Below the pieces are notes generated by a model. The model did not search any database, was not told the origin of the DNA, and saw only the letters and a program-made list of their open reading frames with translations. DNA of 56,485 bases, counting the filler, from Sluysia triapertura (Eukaryota), in assembly GCA_046118255.1 (NCBI GenBank). It is 3 parts of 3 records of this genome, joined end to end, with 100 filler letters (N's around TTAATTAATTAA, not from the genome) between each part and the next. Parts side by side here need not be neighbours in the genome. Positions count along the whole stretch, not along the records: positions 1 to 14,146 come from JBJNIA010005222.1; 2 more parts are not named here. One strand, written 5' to 3'. The first letter of the stretch is position 1. Each line of letters begins with the position of its first letter. The translations under genes and the position numbers were made by a program. This document shows, in pieces, positions 1-13,107 of this stretch.

Positions 1-78
1 CTCAGTGGTAGAGCAGTCGAGCTGCGCAGCGATGGTCCCGGGTTCGATCCCCGGTCAGTCCATTTTACGAAGTCTAAT
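1..78 (+). mobile_element. tRNA-containing short interspersed repeat, copy 1 (5' end cut by the window edge)
   Basis: A-box/D-arm CTCAGTGGTAGAGC, T-arm CCGGG-TTCGATC-CCCGG, then the family tail TCAGTCCATTTTACGAAGTCTAA shared with the copy at 35345-35510. Confidence 0.8.
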
Positions 79-914
79 AAATGTCATCTCATTACCCATC
101 ATGAAATTGTATTAATAATTGTTTTACCAACTTCGGTACTTTTGTTATTCACTCGTCTTTTTAATCCTTAAAACGCGATATTCGATCGGTTATTGATAAT
201 TTCTTTGCATGGTTTTCGTTTGGCAATCATTTAGCTATTGCCTTAAACGCATGACATTTCTTCATCTTCTCTTTTATGTTTAATAATTTCTTTCGGTTCT
301 ATTTTTCCTGAAAGTTTACATTTCCTTCTTCATCCATGTTTCTTAGTCGTGTGACATGCAGTTGCCTGAAAAAGGGCCAATATTCTGATGTAATACCACG
401 CCTATTAAAATCGTATTGAGTTAAAAGCGTATAATTTACTAAATACATAGAAAAAATCACACAACAAAGTTGTTTAGCTCAGAGGCAATGAAGACAAAAA
501 GTAAAGAATTAATTCAGGAAGTGCACAATACCATTATTACTATTTATATTTTAATAGTAATTAATATTACTGGTACATTTTCATTTCTTTAAGTGTTTTT
601 TTAAGTTGATTAATCAACTTCCATTAGTTTGCAAACTCACTTTTTCCTCATATTAATGGCATAATTTCGTATTTTCGTCGTTTCTCCCAACTTTAAAATA
701 GCGAATCTTCTTTTTGTAGATAGAAACAGCATTTTAATAAATCCAACTGATGTCTTAGTAATGTGGTTAAAAATAAAGTAATGATATTTTACTAGTATTT
801 TATTTTATAACTAAAAATTATTTTAAAATCGTGAAACACAATTATTTTTTATTTATCTACAACTTTACGCATATCAACGGCACAGACTAATGTATTAACA
901 TTATATTAATATCA

Positions 915-3900
915 TTAGTCAATATTTTCTCGTTTGACTTTAATTTCTCCTCTATTTGTCGATGCGTCTTCGGTATCTGTTTTTTGATGTAGTTGTTGAT
1001 CACCTGTTCCATTAATACTTGCATTATCTGCTTCTATAAACTCTGTTTTTGTACTTGCGAGATTGCTACGACTACGCGAACGAGTTCTAGAATGACGCCT
1101 TCTTCTGTGATGTCGACGGTGTCGAGAACTACCACCAGCCTCTGCACTATTGTCACGATCTCTGTCCCGATCTCGACGACCATGACGATGATGACGACGT
1201 GAACTTCCCATTCCACTTTCATTATCTTCACGACTTCGAGATCTATTGCGCCTACGTATGAAAATGAAATTTATTATCTAACAAATATGCCTTAAGTGTA
1301 ATTTAAATATTTCATATTAAAATTTTAACATTAAATATTTTGAATAAATATTTAGTAAGGTATAAAATAAATTGCTATAAATTAATTTATTTATAGATAT
1401 GGATTTATCATACTTTTTTGAATGCCTTATTTCATAATCGCGATCGCGATCACGGCTCTTTGATCTTCGACGTCTGTCAGAGCTGAAAAAAAATAGGAAA
1501 TATGTTACGACTAAATTCATATATATAAATACAATTCCAGAGTAGCATAAGATTTAAAATGTGTTAACAGCACTCTAAAGTTATTTATTCTCTAATATAA
1601 TCTATTACCGTATTTTCTTGTATATAATCCGCACTTAATATATAGCGCGCATTATAAAAATCAACTTTTTTTAATATAAATCGCACACGTTTTTTGAACA
1701 AAAAAATCTTTGATATCACCAAGTAAATATAAATTTAATTACGATTTAAAGGTTTCTCTTTAAATTATATTGTTTTTTGGTTGTAGACAACATTAGATTC
1801 ATTAGAAAATTAATATTTCTTTAGGATCAATAAAATAAATTTCTAAACTATTGGTGTATAACCCACACCACAAAAATAGACCTTTTTAATGTATAGCCGA
1901 GGAATCTAGGCAAGAAAATACGGTACTTAATTTGACAAGTTAGTTATCCATATTATTGAATGAATTATTTGATTATTTATCAAATCCTGACTATAACTCT
2001 CGGCATTAATAAGTTAATATAATTGTAAGACTTGAATAGTAAAATATTTGCTTCATCAATTGATTTATTTTTGGTTTTAAAAATTATTAAAATCTTCAAT
2101 CTTTCCATTTAATGTTTATCGTTTCAGAAAGTTTTCAAATATAAATTGAATAAGATCAACCTTTTATCATGTCTATCTCTGGATCTATGTCTACGACTAC
2201 TACCATAATCGTCTCTATCACGACGACTGTTTCGATCAGAACGGGAAAAATTTCTGCGATCGCCATATTCTTCATTCGAACTGAAATTATTATATCAAAA
2301 AAATTAATTTATACAAAATCTAAGTATTCAATATAAGCTAAATACATTAGTATAAGTTAATATTAAAAATGGTTAATATTAAATATTCTTAATTATCAAC
2401 AAATTATTTTAAATTATTATTTTTAAATATAAGAATTTTCTTCGATATTTATTTTAGTCTTCCATAAATATTTGCATATTTTTTAAATTTCTTTAAAAGT
2501 TAGATCTTCGCAACACTACTTACTTTATTCCAGTAAATATTAAATAATTTATTTGAAATTTTTCTGAAAACATAGTGCTTAGATTTTAAGTGTTGAATTG
2601 TTTTAAAAAGATTAAATTTAGTTCGAGCAAATATTAAGATTTGCAAAATGTAATGAACATAAACATTAAATTTTCATAGCAATGCTAAGCACCATACTTC
2701 AAAGCAACGACAAGTAAATCCATATAAAAATGTTGTGAGCGGTGCTGCTGATAATTAATGAAATAATATAGAAACTAAATAGATTTTACATTATCTTAGA
2801 TTGTAAATGTTCATAAATTTAATGTAAGGTTGGTTTAAGTAGCAATTCAAGAGTTAATTTTGTTAAACGTTGGAAACGAACTGTTGAAGACAGTTGTTTA
2901 AAAAATATTTTATGAAATATTCTCATTATATTATATTATTTTCATTATATTATTATCCCTCAAGAACATGGTAAACAATTACATGAATTAGATTAATTTT
3001 AATTCAATTTTGACATTTTAATTATAAACAATTTTTATAAATAAACGATTTCCCGTGCTTTTCATAAACAAAACTGCCACTTTATCACAACCTATTCCGC
3101 TTTTTTGCTTTGCCAACTGGCAAAAACAGCATCTTTCTCGTTCAACTTTTGGAATTTTTGACAAAACTGAATCTTCATTTAGATCACAAATTGAATGACT
3201 AATCTGAAATAATTTTCAAAAAGTGCACGCCTAGATTGTTTCTCACATATGCTAGCAAATTCTGAATTTTTTTGTCAGAACGTTGTAAGCAGATGTTGTA
3301 AAAGAACAGGTCATCTCGTCAATGGTAGCTTGATCGGACATTATACAGATAGATTTAAAATTAGACACAAATTCCTCTTATTGGTGCAAATTTGTCAGTT
3401 TTATTTCTTTCACCGCGCTTGCCAAATTGAATTGATTGGCAGATCTGTTTCAAACGCTTGCAACTAATTTTTGACCAAATTCTCAACAGTTTGAATTATT
3501 GTTTGCTTTAGCATTCGTTTGTTTTAAGTAGAAAGATATATTAATGAATTATAAAGTAGTTTTAATCGAATACATAAGAAAAAGATAGCATTATGAACTG
3601 AAAGAATTGTTACAAGTAGGCAGCATCAAAAAATATCTAATTTTATAATTGTATGTGTAAAACTGAAATTAAGTCAGATTAAAAGTATTTTTCTTGAAAA
3701 TTATTAAAAATGATTTTCACATTTTGTAATGAATAATTAAATTTTTAATTTATTATACAATTTTTATAAATTTATTGTTATGCAGAACATAAAAAACATA
3801 CTGCATAGAATCGTAACTATTTGATCTACGGTTACCATCAAAACTTTGTTGATTTACCAATGGAATTCCTGACATATTTTGCAGTGAACCACCAGAAACG

Positions 3901-6022
3901 CCGGAAGTGTCAGGCCAAAAAGGTGGTGGTTGATTAGTTGGAATTGTTTGTTGAGGAAGTTGCCCTGAAGGTGTAGGACCTTGAATTTGGCTTCCACCTG
4001 TAAGTATAGTAGGAGGAAGCAAGCCCATACTTATAGCTGTCAAAATACTGTTAGCTGTATTCACATCCATTTGATTTGCATTTTGACCTAAATCTGAGAA
4101 TTAAGTTTTAAAATTTTATTCGTATATTAATTTGTATATTTAACACCAGAAACGGGTTAGAATCACAACTGCATAGTTAAAGATAATTTATATTTAAATT
4201 TAAAAATAATTTGATATTAATTAAAGTATTGTAACAGTTTAAATAATTAAAGTCACTGTTTATGTGATTAAATCAGAATTATTATTATTAAATCAGAATC
4301 ATTCAAATGTGAATGACGGTAACATAGCCTCAACGATTTCACCATTCATATAAGCATACATCTAAAGTTAATAAAAATATAAGAGAAATTAGTTAAATCA
4401 TTTCTTCAACAAGAAATATCCTACAAATAAACATATCACCACGCAGAAATTGTCACGTTATCTTAATTTTAACCACAGTCCAAACAATTTAATTGATTCC
4501 AAGTGATCAGTAAGAACTACATCTAAATTTATCTAAAAGCATTTAAATATTAATAATTGTTTTAAAAAAATAATTCATCTGTTACAAATATTAATTTAAA
4601 TAAAAGTTTTATTAATGTTATCGAATATACTTAATTAAGTACTGATTTATTTTAATTACTAAAATTTGCAATTATATCTCTACCATCAGAAACAAGTTAG
4701 GAACCAACATTAACAAATTAGAGACCATTCCTAAACCGAATAAATTACTCATCATATCCTAAAGTTAGTCGTTTGTAATATTTACAATTTAAGTAATTAT
4801 AATAGAATAAGGTATTATAACTTTAAAATTTTATAATGCAGATAAAACAATTGTCTACCAGTGTTTTGCTTACGTTTTATTAAACTAGAAACTAATATAT
4901 TGCTGCTTGTGATGTAGTATATCAGTCACTGGACAGGAGAGCATATGGTTAAAACACAAAATATACATATTCAGCAATCATTGTAAAGTAATAATAGTTA
5001 AATTTTATTACAATAACGAAAACTTAAACAGATTTTTTCCCGGTCATATTATTATAATTAAAGCCTTTCACGCGTTTTTGATTGTTTTTATAGTAAATAT
5101 TAGTCCTCTGTAAATTGTTAAACTTACTGGGTATTATGCTGTTTATTTGATTTGTTCCTGTATTAAGGCCTGTTTGAACTGGAATTGTAGATATTTTATT
5201 TCCCATATTTTCATTTTTTTTATCTCCTTGATTACCTAAATTACTTAATTGGATATAAAAATATAATTTACGATTCATTCCCAAATGTATATGACTGCCA
5301 CTAAGAGGATATCCAAATGAATGCAATCCACTTAACTTAAATAAATTAAAAGTCTTAAAGCACAATCATACTGTTTTAAGAGCAGAATTTTCTTGCGACA
5401 ATCTTAAATTCTTTTGCTTTTCACAATAAAGTAACCAAGTTTCTTCAGTAAATCCATAATTAAAATAATCAGTTATATCAGCACCAGGTTTCTTCCATGG
5501 CTTATACTCATCCACTAATTTGCTAAGATCATATTCAATAGTTGGAACTCCATTAATGTTTCCAGGGTGACTTAAGTCCACTGACGTTCTGGATAACTTA
5601 TAAGCATCTGGTATTTATAATGCAATAAAATAAATTTACTTTGAGAATTGAGATTATTTACATTTTTTATTGAATATATTCCTTTACTTGGACTACAAAT
5701 AATAAAAATGAGGAATAATCGAATAACCTAGCATTTTCATTTGTATTTTTTGTTATAACTTCATATTCATCAGCTGATTCATCTTCATCATCATAATCAA
5801 CTTCCTTATTTTCAGTATTTTCAATAATCTTTCCATTTTCATCATTTGTCTCTTGATTATCATTTGTAGTTTCTTTGATCTCTTTATCAGAACTATTCCA
5901 TAAATTAAATTATAATTGAAGCTAACTTATTTTCAGTTTGTTCCTGAATAGGTTCCGAAACTATATTAAATCAGTAATATTTGTATAATGAAAAAACCTT
6001 TTTCACTTTCAACACTCTCCAT
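915..6022 (-). CDS. FIP1L1: Pre-mRNA 3'-end processing factor FIP1 (FIP1L1 ortholog), 11 coding exons, ~498 aa
   Basis: Fip1 motif [49 protein letters not shown], with an acidic N-terminus, Pro/Gln-rich middle and RD/RS-rich C-terminus. Exons deduced from GT-AG sites with continuous phase: 5998-6022, 5927-5960, 5728-5892, 5640-5692, 5372-5607, 5272-5335, 5128-5235, 3802-4087, 2161-2280, 1414-1482, 915-1251. Sum is 1497 nt = 498 aa + TAA. Confidence 0.93.
1608..1923. mobile_element. Tc1/mariner-superfamily (Tc2-like) MITE in FIP1 intron 9
   Basis: TIRs CCGTATTTTCTTG ... CAAGAAAATACGG, flanked by TA on both sides. Confidence 0.8.
3040..3520 (-). mobile_element. Degenerate piggyBac transposase remnant in FIP1 intron 8
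   Basis: KTDKFAPIR / [22 protein letters not shown] matches the piggyBac DKLAPIR...TIDE motif around the first catalytic Asp. A downstream Cys-rich remnant reads [25 protein letters not shown]. Confidence 0.6.
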
Positions 6023-7984
6023 GAATACTTAAATTTCTAAATTTGACCTATAAATTAAACAGTTTGTAATTATAAAAATATAGTAAACATTAATTACTAT
6101 GTTGACAAAAAATTATCTAAAATATTTAAGCTATATAGAGATTATTAATTAAATTAAATAATTTACTTCAATTAAATATTTGAACAATTAAATAAATAAT
6201 ATATCATTTCAAAAAAATATTAATACATAAATGTCTATTTCAATGTTTCAAAATTAAAAGTAAAAATATATTACAATATTATATTTATTTACCGAAAATT
6301 TTATTGATCACTTATATTATTTTTATTGAATATTATTTTAATTAGATGATCTAATGTGTTAAAAGTTTAATAGAGTTTATGGATTTTGGATTTTAAGGAC
6401 GCGTATTAACATTTATATTTTATTATCTAATGTTTAATTGTATTTTACGAAAAAGTATTTAAAGTTATAAATTTATAAAACTATTTAAAAAGGATACTTT
6501 TAAAAATAAAAATACTGCTATATTTCACTTTAATAGTATTTTTAACATAAATGTATTAATTTTGATTCAAAGTTTGATTTCATATATTGGTTTGCTGACA
6601 ACTTATATATCGATCATTGATAATTCATGCACAATTAATTTAATATTTTATTTGTGCAGTAGACTAGTTTAAAGCAAACTTGAAATATTATTATTATGTT
6701 TTCTAAGAAGAGTACGCAAAATGTTTTGTTAAAATCTTATTCGGATTGTGTTATTGAATTGCAAGGACTTATGCAAGAAATCATCTGTAAAGTCTGCATA
6801 TAAAATTATTAGTAATAAATGTTAATTTATAAATTAAATTAATAATGAAAGTTAAGAAAATTGTGAAATATGAAATTAAAAATTAATAATAATTACAGAA
6901 ATTAATAATAAAAGTTATAATAATATATGATATTATTATTATTATCATGGTAAACTTATAAGATGATAATCTGATAAATCACTTACGTGAAAAAAGACTA
7001 TGAGACATATTTCATTTATGATATTTTTAGACGAATGTTGAAAATATATTTTAAGATATAAAATTGATTAAAAAATTCGTTAAATTAAATTAATTAAAAT
7101 ACTTTTTGCAAATTAAAGTGACATTTTTGGAAAAGATATAAACCGAACTGTCAAGTCTAGAATAATAAAGAATTAATGATTAATAATAATTTATTATAAA
7201 TTATAGTTTTATAATAATAATAATTATTATTATTTTTACGTAAATAATACATTAATAATATTATAAAATAATAATTGTTATAATATTAAAATAATAACAA
7301 TGTTAATGTAATAGTGTTGGAAATTATATTTAGAGTTAATTATTTTAAAAATCTTAAGTGCTTGAAATTGAAAATAATAACGATGTCATACAACTAAATT
7401 TCTTTTTATTTAAAAATCAAAACGTCAAAATCAAATTAAAACAAAAAACTAAATAATAATGTTAGAATTGCCAAACTCATGGGAAACGCATGGCATTATG
7501 AGTGCATGAGGAGTTGATGCAACTGGTGAATAGTATTGTTTGAGTAAGAATGATGAAGATAGAAACAATTGTAGTTGCGTTGAAAGATGAAGAATACCTT
7601 TGGGTTCCAAAGATCAATATAGGGTGTTGAGATCTGGTGAAAGCTTGAAATGGACTTGGAAACCACTTGAAGGCATTAGAGTACTTTTGAGCTTGTGAAT
7701 CTTTAAGTATTCCTGAAACCTTGATCGCATCTAAGATCGTCGAGTAATCTTATAAAGTATTTAAAATCTTTGAAGTACTTCAGAAATAAAATTATTATTA
7801 CTGGTATTAAGAATAAACCTAGTATGGTAATAATTAACATGAAGAAGTAGAAAAAGGAATCGGATAGGTGAATACCTTATAAACTAATAAATAACTTTAG
7901 AACCTTAATAAAACCTTTAAACATTGAATAAGATTAAGTCTAAATATAGATTAATTAATTAAAATCTTAATTAACTTAATTATG

Positions 7985-8112
7985 CAAGAGTTTTACTTAT
8001 AAAAACTTAAACTTACACTTACAAAATAAATCGTGGAGGTCGATTCGACTAATTAGACACGTTGTATACCTGATGGGAGACGTTCTAATTAGATTTTTTA
8101 ATCTTATGCGAG
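7985..8112 (+). repeat. Dispersed repeat fragment; related copy in opposite orientation at ~14900-15030
   Basis: AACTTACACTTACAAAATAAATC...TTCGACTAATTAGACACG...GACGTTCTAATTAGATTTTTTAATCTTA aligns with the reverse complement of 14900-15030 and contains two CTAATTAG palindromes. Confidence 0.55.
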
Positions 8113-11100
8113 ATCAATTTGCTGTGGTTTTTCTAACACTTAGCCTACGGCAAAATATTTTTTAGCAGGGTTCGGTTACATTAAGCGTCTTACAACGTAT
8201 CGTTGGCACTTCTATAACCAATAAGTTAAAGATCACTAAAAATAACGTCTCTGTCAAATAAATTAACTTAGGAGGATCTTACAACTACTAAATAATTTAA
8301 CTTTCAAATTCAATAATTTAATAATTAATTAACACAAAAAATCTAACTAGTTTATTAAAAATATACAAAAAACGTTAACAAGCTTAAAATAATAAGTTAT
8401 AAGGATAAGACAAAGTAAATATTATTAGAGATTAAAGCTCCAAGAGCGTTTAATCTGATTTTAGTAAAATTTAAGTGGAGTTTACCCCTCAATATATCGG
8501 GGACTTAAAAACTTTATAAATTAATGTATAATTTACGTGGATTTTACGATTTTAACTTCTGAAGTTAAAATCTAACCTAATAAATATATACGTTACCAAA
8601 TTTGAATAAAATTCAACGATCGATTGCCAGATCCCGAAATTGTGATTATTACTAAGCTCACAATTGTCTTGAAATCATCAATAACCGAAAATTGTATATG
8701 GCGACGAATAAAATAACTTTATTACAAATGGCGACGATTAAATATGGCGATTTTCATTGTACGATGCTAGTTTATATACTAGTCATCATCCAATGAAAAT
8801 CGATGGAATGTTCTAAAATATTCTAGAAGCTTCTGATCTATTTTTAGAAGCTTATTTTCTATTTTAGAAATTTTATTTTCTTTTTTGGAAAATAATTTAT
8901 TAAGTAATTTTACAAATTAATAATTTATTTTAATATATTTTATGTTTTTAATTAATTTTTTAATAGTTTTAAATATTTCAAATTAATTTTAAGGTGTCAT
9001 TTTATCATTTTTAAATTATTCTAGAGGGTTGCGATGACAACCTAACACAACTAATTACAGAATGTATATTGTAGATTAATTGCTCTATTTGTTTAAAGCA
9101 AGTAGTAACATACTCTTAAAATCATAATAATTTCAATATTTATTTATAATTTTAATTAATAAATTAACAATAAAAACCATTCTAAATTTTTTATATTAAG
9201 TTTGACTTCATATATAAACAGCTATATTTAATTATTGCTTTTTCTTTGTTGTTTAATTTTTTTTGAATCACTGTAATTGTGAAATCAGATAAAATAAATT
9301 GCATCAATGTAATATATTTATAAATTTACGTTTTAAAAGCTTATGTCGTAAATTAATAGACAACTTAATTGTAATCCTCTAAATTAAAAAAACAAGCTTA
9401 ATATTGATATTTTTCATTGATCTAAAAATAAATTTTATAATTATGTATATTTTATATTTATTATAATTATATTTGAATTAAAATTTAAAATTTGAAATTT
9501 TCAATCTCACGCAAATCTAAAAAAAGATCTTTTTTACTAATTATACTAATGTCAATGTAGAGATTGTTTGATCTCTACTTTTACTCACTTCATTTATTTA
9601 ACGTGGGATTAATTTTTTTTACGTAATTGTGCCATATTTGTTCATATTACTATTTATAACTGTAATCTATTTCTAATTCATAAAATAATGCATTATTTTT
9701 AATGCAATAATTAATACATTGTGCAATTAAGAAGACAGCCTAATTCAAACAATTGTACTTCCGTCTAATGATAAGTTGTTAAGACAATTATATTATGAAT
9801 ATCAAATAAAAATCCTTACTTTATCACAACTCGAGACTAATTTCTATGGGATGTATTCCTACAAATCTGAGGTGAAAAATTCATAAAGCTTGAAATTATG
9901 TAAGTCAATGTGTTAAGATTGACTTACTGCATAGAAAAAATCAGCTCATGTAATTATTCTGTATAATTCTATACACAAACTTCTAAATACAAAATATTAT
10001 CTAAATAAGTATTATCTAAACAAAGGTAGTTATTATATTCAAGTATATTATAAATGATATATAACTTATATCAGCATATAATAACAATTTTGATTGATAA
10101 TGGTAACTTGAAAACAACTTTTTGTAAACAAGAATAATAATAAATGAGTAATAATATAAATATATCATGCTTAAAGTAACTATTGAAATAAATTTTATGT
10201 AATTTGATCTTTGTTTTGATTTTAAGACTCTGACTTTTAATAATGTTTTAAAAAATTTCATTTTTATTTGATAATTCAGTAATATGTACATTTTATGTAA
10301 AAATGATGATAAAAGAATATATTACAAAAAAGTGTAAATATTAATTCGAATATTGAAATATCTTTTTCAAAAGATCTATACGGTTTCAAGCAAAGCTTTT
10401 TTGATTTTTAATTATTTACTATTTTTACTAGAGTATTTGTTGTATTGACGCATTTTCTAATATGATAAATATTTAGTATTTTTACTTTTAACAATTAATT
10501 TGTCGTATTAAAAATATACTAATTAATTTAATCGAAAATTTAGTGGAGTTTATCTTAAGTTAATTCTTACAAAAGAATATACTAACGATTATAATCAAAC
10601 AGAATATTTGTCCTTCTGAATATAAAATGATAATCTTTCCAATTTCCTTTAAATATAATTATAGAAGTATTCTTCCTCGCAAATTAAATTCAAAATAGAT
10701 TTATAACTCACAAAAAAATTTTTATTGTAACATTCTGTTGTGAAATTTCTATTTATATACACATATTCTGTTTCTATTTTTAAACCATTTGTAATTTTAA
10801 ACAATTTATATATAATTTTATAATTTTATTTTATAATAATTATTTTATTAATTATATATTTTATAATAATAATTTATTTTATAATAATTTAATAATTATT
10901 TTATTAATTTTAATATATTTAATAATTTAAATAATTTCAAAAACCAATAATTTAAACAATTTCCAAAATAGAATTTACATATAAATTAAAATAATTTCAA
11001 AAATAAAATTCACATATAAATATAAATTTAATATAAATTTCTTTACAATATAAAAATTTTAATTAACCAACGCCTAGGGTTGTAGCATAAATTAATTAAA

Positions 11101-11834
11101 GTAATAAAGTGAAGAGTTAGTTAAGCTTAATTGAATTAAGAAAAACTAATATTACGTCTCCAATAGTGATATAAATTGTATATATTAGGCGAACCGACTT
11201 CTCAGATAATTTGTAATAAGTTTGATTTCTTTAAGGAAATACTTGCATTAGTCATTTGATTTAATTTTATGAATATGACTCTGTTAATATTAGTTATTGT
11301 AATTTTTAAATATAAACTCTTTAAATTGATTTCTTAAGTCATAATTCTCATTTGATATAATTTCAATTATATGGTTAATTTTTATTTAAAAACTCGTATT
11401 TTAATTGTTTTTTAAATTTCAAAATTTCCTAAACATTTTATCAAAGTGAATTTATTTAAATTATACAGATTGTACAAATTGTGATACACATAACAACATT
11501 TTACTTTATTTCATCATTCAACTTAAAATGTCATAAAAATGGTTGACTGCAATGCAAGTGTTTTCATAATTTGTAACTTATGATATGATTAGAAATATGA
11601 GCTTAAGATTTATATAATTTTGATTTAAAGTTGCTTATGATTTATTAAACCTATTTATTAAATATATAAATAATAAAAATGTCAAAATAAAAGTTGTGCT
11701 CGTATAGCATGAATGTTTTTATTTTTAATCACTTTTGTTTATTTAATGTTTGTTAATTATTCAAGGTTAACATGTGACATGCGCCATATTATTTAAGTGG
11801 ATCATCTAAATTAATCTTATTAAAACGGTAAAAA

Positions 11835-13107
11835 ATGCCAAAACCTATCACTGTTTTGGAAGATTTTGTTAAATACCGAGATGGAAAAAAGGTGAATATT
11901 GTAAATTTTTTAAGTCGCAATATTTTTTTCTATAATTTCAATGTAACTGGATTTTATTTCATTTTTAGTGGAAGAAAAGATATTGTATGCTTACGAAGCC
12001 AGATCCCAAAACTGGTTAGTTGGTTTTGTGGTTTAATATAATGGGATTTAAAATTAATATAGACAAATGTAAAAGTTATTGATTAAATTTTGTTTCATTC
12101 AGTCTTAAATTAATTTACAAAAGTGATTAAAATGTTAAATAAAGAAATTGTATGTAATAAGCAATGATTTGCAATTTTATCAATTCTATACGTACAAGCT
12201 ATAACCATAAATATTTTATATGGGAAATTAATTTTTATAGAAAATAAACTTAGTTTTACAAATTAACTTGTTTAGAAGAAAACCAATATATAATGTATTT
12301 TAGTTGTCCTTTATTTTTACAATTTTTATGGTTAGAAGTTTAAAATTATAAAATGTTTTTATAATTTAGGTAATATAACCATGTATATTGCAAAAAATAC
12401 TGGACGTGATTCTACAGTTCATGAAATTGACGAAAAAAGTTTCAGGTATTACATAATAGATGATATTACAAGTTTTGAATACGGTTGTCACCTGGAACAA
12501 GAGAGTTGTGTGATGGTTCTTTTGGGAAAATCTGTAGTTTATTGCATTGCATTTTCGCATACAGAGGCTATGTTCAGATGGGCAGAAACTTTAAAAAAAA
12601 TAATGAAATGTTATTACTACGATTATTTGAAACTAAATTTATTTTAAATTGACTTAAAAATTCACTACTTTTATACATAATTTATTTAGTTTTAATATCA
12701 AATTTCTGTATTTTAAAAAATGCTTTAAATTGAATAAATTACGTTACAATTTATGATTATTCGTTGATTTTAACAAATTAAGCTTCCGTTTAAGCATAAA
12801 ATTAACTTTTTAACATTCGAATAATAAATAGCTTAATGTGATAAATTAAATATTACAGGTTCTCATTTTCATGTTACTCTGTGCAAAGTATCTGAAACTA
12901 GTGGATTATTTAGTAAAATTTCACCTGGGCATCAAGGTAGTCTCCATGTACAGTCCAAGCGGTTTTGCTTGCTAGGAGAACCAGCGGATGGTATTAAATT
13001 TATTTGTGAATGGCCTATCGAGAATCTCATTTCTGTACATATATACGATACTGAGCAAGAACGTTCGAAAAGACTTTGTATCAAATCAAATAATAAAATT
13101 CATAAAG
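11835..13107 (+). CDS. DOK7: DOK7-like adaptor (PH + IRS/PTB domains), 5' four exons; 3' part missing beyond the contig break at 14147
   Basis: Exons 11835-11891, 11969-12014, 12370-12609 and 12859-13107 splice in frame to MPKPITVLEDFVKYRDGKK|WKKRYCMLTKPDPKT|GNITMY...AFSHTEAMFRWAETLKKIMK|CSHFHVTL...GSLHVQSKRFCLLGEPADGIKFICEWPIENL. This resembles vertebrate DOK7 VKLRDGKK|WKSRWLVLRKP...GFDSHEAMCAW...HRFHVTV...GQWKLSDL. Confidence 0.82.

Noticed and set aside
1-62. Functional tRNA gene (also 35422-35493)
   Set aside because: The anticodon arm does not pair consistently and differs between copies, and shared non-tRNA flanks show it is part of a dispersed repeat.
993-1231. ORFs 993-1202 (+) and 1034-1231 (-)
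   Set aside because: Shadow frames of the repetitive RS/RD-rich last FIP1 exon.
4146-4180. Micro-exon in FIP1 intron 7 (TTAACTATGCAG acceptor)
   Set aside because: Weak donor and frame-shifting length; cannot be told from chance without transcripts.
6048-6097. Spliced-leader trans-splice acceptor 25 nt upstream of the FIP1 ATG
   Set aside because: A plausible cis donor (GTAATT at 6097) gives an ordinary 50-nt 5' UTR intron, so there is no evidence for trans-splicing.
9021-9056. Helitron 3' hairpin GGTTG-CGATGA-CAACC
   Set aside because: Only a 5-bp stem, no clear CTRR terminus and no second copy.
10016-10291. Hydrophobic 91-aa ORF and similar I/L/F/K/N-rich short ORFs (23096, 26089, 28112, 28458, 37772)
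   Set aside because: Composition expected from random AT-rich DNA; no motifs or splice support.
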